Assembly (NCBI GenBank): GCA_963840455.1
Contig: CAWIYV010000010.1
Span: forward strand, 448,001-512,000
Length of the DNA: 64,000 nt
DNA from: Nitrospirota bacterium
GTDB taxonomy: Bacteria; Nitrospirota; UBA9217
Direction of reading: 5' to 3'
Shown: positions 59,361-64,000 of the stretch, piece after piece
Layout of the letters: every line of letters begins with the position of its first letter
Position numbering within the stretch: position 1 is the first letter of the stretch
Translations under genes and position numbers: made by a program
Notes under the pieces: model-generated
Told to the model about the DNA's origin: nothing
Seen by the model: only the letters and a program-made list of their open reading frames with translations
Database searches by the model: none

Positions 59361-61235
59361 ATGCTCGAACTCCCTCATGGTTTAAAAAAGCACAAGCCTA
59401 TTCTTGACAATATACGGCATCACATCATACCTATAATTGTTCTTGTTGGCGCGACCTTTGCTGTATATGCCGGTACGCTCGAACATGATTTTCTCTTGAA
59501 TTGGGATGACAGCTTGTATGTCACGGACAATGAAACGATACGAGGTTTGACATGGGAACACGTGAAGGAGGCATTCGCCCGATTCTATGTAGGAAATTAC
59601 GCTCCGATCCAGATCATCTCATACATGGTGGACTATTCCGTTGGGGGACTGCGCCCTAGTGTTTATATTTTTACTAATGTTCTTTTGCATGTCACAAACG
59701 GCATCCTATTCTATTTGCTGCTTTTTCGACTTACCCAACGCAAGGTAATCGGCTTTCTTGCCGCATTTATTTTCCTGCTCCACCCTGTTCAGGTCGAGTC
59801 AGTTGCCTGGATATCCCAGCGGAAAAATCTGCTCGCCATGTTTTTCTTCCTTGCAGCTTTTCACTTCTATATTTCCTATCGGCTTGCAGAGAAAACAAAG
59901 GGCACGTTATCGTATATATTTTCTGTTGCGGCATTTATGGTCGCCCTTCTGTCAAAAACGGTTGCGATCATTCTCCCTCTTGTTCTCTTTCTTTACGACC
60001 TTTGTTATCGTGATAAGACCGACCGGCCATCATGGCTGATCAATAAGATCCCTTTTATATCCATTGCAGGCGTTGCGCTCTTGGTCGCGTTAAAAAGCCA
60101 GTTGCCGGAATATGACGGAGGGCGGATATCGTATGCCATTGAAGGTCCGCTGGGTGTTTTCTACACCATGCTCACGGTCCTTGTCCGCTATTGTAAGATC
60201 ATTTTCTGGCCGATGGAATTAAGTGCTCTGTATATGCCGCCCATGAAAGTAAGAATAGATTCAGCGGTTGTGTTGTCCGCGTTGTTTGCTGTTCTGTTGA
60301 TCATTCTGGGATGGTATCTTTACCGGAGAAGAAAAGAGCTTTTCTTCTGGTACGCACTTTTTTTTGTCGGCCTCCTTCCCGTTTCCCAGATCGTGCCCCT
60401 GGTCACGCTCATGAATGATCGTTATCTCTATTTTCCCCTGTTGGGAGCCGCAGCGTTTTTTGGACTCATGGCGCTCGCTTTTACCGATGATGTCCATAAT
60501 TTACGAAAAAGAAGCATAGCGGTCATTCTTGGTCTTTTGATCATACTGCTTCCCTGGCTTTCGTGGCAGAGAACGTCTGTTTGGAGCAATGACCTGTCTT
60601 TATGGAGGGACGCGACAAGTAAAACCCCGGTTTCGCCCCTCGCCTGGAATGGTCTCGGCATGTCCTACGTTGATGCGGGGAGGTTTGAAGAAGCGGCCAG
60701 CGCCTTCTTAAAGGCATTATCGATTGACCCTGATTACGAGCTGGCGCTCAACAATATTGGCGGCCTGTACAATAGCCGTGGGAAAATAGCGGAGGCTCGG
60801 CCTTTTTTGCTCAAGGCCACGAAGTTATTTCCTGAAAACAGCAATAGCTTGATGAACTTGGGAATCAATTATTATGTTTCCCATGATTATCAAAACGCCG
60901 AACTGATTTTTAAAAAAGTGCTGGTGTTGAAACCCCAGTCAGCCGATGCTCTCTCGCGTTTAGGCGATGTCTATCTAAGGATGAGAAAACCTGAGATGGC
61001 CCGGGATTATTTTCAAAAAGCGACCGAACTTGAAGGCACAACGGCAGATCTGGAGTATCGTCTGGCCTGCGTCGAATCTCTCAGCAGACATCCCCATGAA
61101 GCGTTAGGGCGTCTTGAGTCAGCATTGAACAAGGGATATAACGACTACCAGAACATCGCACGGGACGCGTGCCTGGATCCTCTTCGGGGCCATAGTGGTT
61201 TCCAGTTTCTTATGAGAAAGTATTTTGGCAAGTGA
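59361..61235 (+). CDS. TMTC-like GT-C membrane glycosyltransferase with C-terminal TPR (start uncertain)
   Basis: FLLNWDD, NYAP, LHPVQVESVAWISQRK, LLSK, NDRYLYFP, VW...LW, TPRs. Confidence 0.88.
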   Translation: MLELPHGLKKHKPILDNIRHHIIPIIVLVGATFAVYAGTLEHDFLLNWDDSLYVTDNETIRGLTWEHVKEAFARFYVGNYAPIQIISYMVDYSVGGLRPSVYIFTNVLLHVTNGILFYLLLFRLTQRKVIGFLAAFIFLLHPVQVESVAWISQRKNLLAMFFFLAAFHFYISYRLAEKTKGTLSYIFSVAAFMVALLSKTVAIILPLVLFLYDLCYRDKTDRPSWLINKIPFISIAGVALLVALKSQLPEYDGGRISYAIEGPLGVFYTMLTVLVRYCKIIFWPMELSALYMPPMKVRIDSAVVLSALFAVLLIILGWYLYRRRKELFFWYALFFVGLLPVSQIVPLVTLMNDRYLYFPLLGAAAFFGLMALAFTDDVHNLRKRSIAVILGLLIILLPWLSWQRTSVWSNDLSLWRDATSKTPVSPLAWNGLGMSYVDAGRFEEAASAFLKALSIDPDYELALNNIGGLYNSRGKIAEARPFLLKATKLFPENSNSLMNLGINYYVSHDYQNAELIFKKVLVLKPQSADALSRLGDVYLRMRKPEMARDYFQKATELEGTTADLEYRLACVESLSRHPHEALGRLESALNKGYNDYQNIARDACLDPLRGHSGFQFLMRKYFGK

Positions 61236-61271
61236 ACCACTCCCCGGCCTTTAGGCCGGGAAGTGATTCAC
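61232..61271. repeat. IS200/IS605-end-like palindrome overlapping the stop codon
   Basis: GTGAACCACTCCCCGGCC-TTTA-GGCCGGGAAGTGATTCAC. Confidence 0.6.
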
Positions 61272-61405
61272 GGGGTGTTGGCTTTCTAAAATGGCTTAAG
61301 ACATTAGGGGACGTATTTAGAGCACCTTTTGCTTGTACATGATGGCTATTATTGTGCAGTCCGTGTGTCAGGAGAGAGCTGAAGCAGATCCCGCCCGGTA
61401 AAAAA

Positions 61406-61452
61406 CCTTCACACGGCAGGGACCACTGGTTCAAACCCAGTAGCGCCCACCA
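61406..61452 (+). pseudogene. 3' half of tRNA-Val(CAC), att-like remnant
   Basis: CCTT-CAC-ACGGCAGGGACC-ACTGGTTCAAACCCAGT-AGCGCCC-A-CCA; 5' half absent. Confidence 0.75.
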
Positions 61453-61468
61453 GAAATATCAAGGGGTT

Positions 61469-61620
61469 AGCTTACCGGAGAGTCATCTTAATGTCTTTGT
61501 GACACAGCAGATCCTTTACTGCTGTGAGGTCTGCTCACGACATTACCAGGTGACTACCAAAGGTATGCAGACCGTGAAAGTGAAAATCCGCAATGTCTGC
61601 CCGTTTCAATACTCTCCAAG
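61469..61620 (-). pseudogene. Degenerate tyrosine integrase C-terminal fragment
   Basis: Minus strand reads WRVLKRADIADFHFHGLHTFGSHLVMS*ADLTAVKDLLCHKDIKMTLR*A versus the consensus FHDLRHTFAS.L...G.DL..V..LLGH....MT.RYA. Confidence 0.85.
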
Positions 61621-62167
61621 AGGAGCCAGCACAATCCATAAAGTCCAGCTTTCCAATTAGTGCAATGACTCGGTTACGTCAATGGTCAACTATTACTCTC
61701 CTAATTTTAGCCATGCGGTAACATACTCCACGATGTATACTTTATTTTATTGATATTACAATAATTAATAGCTGTGTCGAAATGTTGACTTTGACGCTTT
61801 ATAATAGGTTCTGCTATTTTAGTTTTACTATCTGCTATTAACCTACCTGTTGCTGATCTTTTCTCGCCACAGTCAATCGCTGTTTGCGTAAAATCCTAGC
61901 GGCTATTTCTTCGTAAAGACGCATCCCAGGTTAATGAAGGACAACGTAAATTAGATACGGATCCTATGCATAATATTTGATAATTGCGCTTCGAATGCAG
62001 TTCGAGACAGAATTCGCGATCTCATTATTAGTTAAGATATTTCTTATATTTTATGACCATCCCATATAGGTCAAATGACCATTTTCTATCGGTTGTTTCG
62101 CCAGACATGCAGATAGTATATATCCAACAATAGTCGCATTGTATTGTTATTAAAGAAGTTGCAACTA

Positions 62168-62183
62168 AGGCATGATTGTTGCT
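62168..62183 (+). promoter_or_regulatory. Sigma54 -24/-12 promoter for omcS copy 3
   Basis: AGGCATGATTGTTGCT immediately upstream of the tandem riboswitches. Confidence 0.72.
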
Positions 62184-62202
62184 TTTTTCAATACATAAGT
62201 AG

Positions 62203-62320
62203 GTATCGATAAAGCCAAACCCACCGCGAGGTGGGGACGGAAAGCAAACGGATCTTGATAAACCACGCAAGATGGCCGAGCTGCCGAAGGATATATCCTG
62301 AGGTATGCTTGGCCTTTTTT
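62203..62320 (+). ncRNA. GEMM-I riboswitch, G20 type, with overlapping terminator (tandem copy 1)
   Basis: CGATAAAGCC-AAACCCACC-GCGA-GGTGGG-GACGG-AAAGC...GATGGCCGAGCTGCCGAA; GGCCGAGC pairs with GCTTGGCC, which is followed by TTTTTT. Confidence 0.88.
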
Positions 62321-62408
62321 ATTCCAGCTGAAGGAGCGGACCCTAGAAGTATCAACCACCCCAGGAACGAGCGCCGGGGAAAAGATAATCTGGATGCAAT
62401 ATAAATAG

Positions 62409-62528
62409 GTTGCGACAAAGCCAAACCCATCGTGAGATGGGGACGGAAAGCAAACGGATCTTGATAAACCACGCAAGATGGCCGAGCTGCCGAAGGATAT
62501 ATCCTGAGGTATTGCTTGGCCTTTTTTT
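62409..62528 (+). ncRNA. GEMM-I riboswitch, G20 type, with overlapping terminator (tandem copy 2)
   Basis: Direct repeat of the previous unit at offset 206; CGACAAAGCC-AAACCCATC-GTGA-GATGGG-GACGG-AAAGC; terminator ends in TTTTTTT. Confidence 0.88.
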
Positions 62529-62656
62529 ATTCCAGCGGAAGGAGCTGGCCCTAGAAGTGGTCAACAACCCAATGGACGAGCGCTGGGGAAAATGTTTGGA
62601 AGCAACGTCACAGCATTCGTGGAAAGGCTTGGAATAAGTGTTAGGTGGATTTATAC

Positions 62657-63913
62657 ATGACGTTCACGGTTAGCTTGATTATCATTATTACTGCGCTCGT
62701 GACCTGCGGGTTGGGCATGGATGCATTCGCTTTCCATAGCGGCGGCGTCGCCGAATGCGTGGGCTGCCACCAGATGCACGATGCACCAGGCGCCAACCTT
62801 CTGATCGCCGTTGATCAGAGCTCGACCTGTCTTGATTGCCATGGCGCATCAGGCCAGTCCAGCTACCATGTTGCCACCCCCGATGCGGACATGCCCGCGG
62901 GATCGCCGCCGGTCAATGAGACTCCGGGCGGTGACTTCGGCTGGCTGCACAAGTCCTATTACTTCACGATCCGCGGTGGATTGACGACCGACCTCGGCGA
63001 GACCCACGGCCATAACATCATTGCTGCAGGCTACACAGGCGGCACGTACGCTGTTGACCCAAAGAACGCAACGGCCCCGGGCGGCACGTTTCCGTCAGCC
63101 CAGCTCAACTGCATCTCCTGCCATGACCAGCATGGTAAGGGCCGTTGGACGACAGCCGGCACCTATAGCAAGACCTCCGGCGCTATCTACACCTCCGGTT
63201 CGTATGGTTCCATCCCGTCAACTTTCGGCCCCACAGGCGAACTTTTGTCGACGGGCGTATACCGCCTGCTCCGTGCTATGGATACTGTTGACGGCGTGAC
63301 CTTCCCTGCGCTCCCGCCGGTAGCAGTGGTTCCGAGCACCTACAACAGGTCAGAGTACTTCTTCCAGACCCGCACTGCCTACGGCTCCGGCATGTCCGAC
63401 TGGTGCAGCACCTGCCATCCTGACATGCACACCGGAAACGGAAATACGGGGGGGATTATCAGGCATCCGACAGATCGAAAGCTGACGGGGTTGACCGTCA
63501 GGAACTACAACAACTATACAAAGAGCGGCGTCATGACCGGTAATGCGGCCACCTCCTACCTGTCGCTCGTTCCGTTCGAAGAAGGCCTGACCTACAGCAC
63601 AGCGAACATCAACACTTTGAAGTCCCATGCAAAGACGGATGATTCTTACCTGAACGGTCCAGACCAGACCAATGGTTCGACAACGGTGTTCTGCCTTTCC
63701 TGCCACAGGGCGCATGCGTCCGGCTGGCCGAAAATGCTTAAGTGGAACCCCGAAGTTACGACCATCACCCTTGCTGGCGCCTATCCTACCGGGAATGACG
63801 CGGGCTGGGGCCGAACCTTGACCGAGGTATCCAAAGCCTATTACGATAAGAACGTAACGAGGTGGTCCGCCTATCAGCGCTCGCTCTGCAATAAATGCCA
63901 TGCGAAAGATTGA
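62657..63913 (+). CDS. omcS: OmcS-family hexaheme cytochrome, copy 3 (close paralog of 34941-36194)
   Basis: AFHSGGVAECVGCHQMH, six CXXCH, LCNKCHAKD; long stretches identical to copy 1; start could be GTG 62645. Confidence 0.93.
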   Translation: MTFTVSLIIIITALVTCGLGMDAFAFHSGGVAECVGCHQMHDAPGANLLIAVDQSSTCLDCHGASGQSSYHVATPDADMPAGSPPVNETPGGDFGWLHKSYYFTIRGGLTTDLGETHGHNIIAAGYTGGTYAVDPKNATAPGGTFPSAQLNCISCHDQHGKGRWTTAGTYSKTSGAIYTSGSYGSIPSTFGPTGELLSTGVYRLLRAMDTVDGVTFPALPPVAVVPSTYNRSEYFFQTRTAYGSGMSDWCSTCHPDMHTGNGNTGGIIRHPTDRKLTGLTVRNYNNYTKSGVMTGNAATSYLSLVPFEEGLTYSTANINTLKSHAKTDDSYLNGPDQTNGSTTVFCLSCHRAHASGWPKMLKWNPEVTTITLAGAYPTGNDAGWGRTLTEVSKAYYDKNVTRWSAYQRSLCNKCHAKD

Positions 63914-64000
63914 CTCCCAAATCTTCATAGGATCAAAAAACACATAAGGCGGGAGGACAGTCTCCGGCCTTTGGTTTTTGTCACAGCATCAACCTTCTCA

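Noticed and set aside
61352-62637. Short ORFs 61352..61660 and 62028-62637
   Set aside because: Antisense shadow of the integrase remnant and translations of the duplicated riboswitch leader

Overview
This is a moderately GC-rich bacterial chromosome segment. Its gene content resembles an anaerobic Nitrospirota or Desulfobacterota organism (inference only). Positions 1-8.3 kb are core genome: two tRNA-Ser, SRP RNA (ffs), dnaX-ybaB-recR, a four-subunit pyruvate/2-oxoacid:ferredoxin oxidoreductase, mglBA and tRNA-Asn. The remaining ~55 kb is an accessory extracellular-electron-transfer (EET) locus. It holds three OmcS-family hexaheme nanowire cytochromes and an OmcS-companion-type operon (NHL protein, YVTN beta-propeller lipoprotein, outer-membrane barrel, two CsgG/GNA1162-like lipoproteins, PPIase chaperone, 26- and 16-heme cytochromes, NHL protein). 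It also holds a glycosylation block (GT2, GtrA-GT2, GT-C, several TMTC-like TPR proteins), a 2006-aa Ig-repeat surface protein, a PhnD-like protein/CXXCH sensor kinase/sigma54 activator module and a REC-PilZ regulator. Four sigma54 promoters and four GEMM-I riboswitches are visible. Three points stand out: (1) one companion lipoprotein is inflated to ~3300 aa by ~25 Calx-beta domains, including near-identical 1005-bp tandem repeats; (2) two near-identical omcS paralogs appear wired to different cyclic dinucleotides, an A20 (cGAMP-type) translational ON switch versus tandem G20 (c-di-GMP-type) terminator ON switches; (3) a TMTC-like glycosylation pathway is embedded in the locus. Three genes carry single extra-G frameshifts that may be sequencing errors. 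All assignments were made by eye from motifs; no searches were run.
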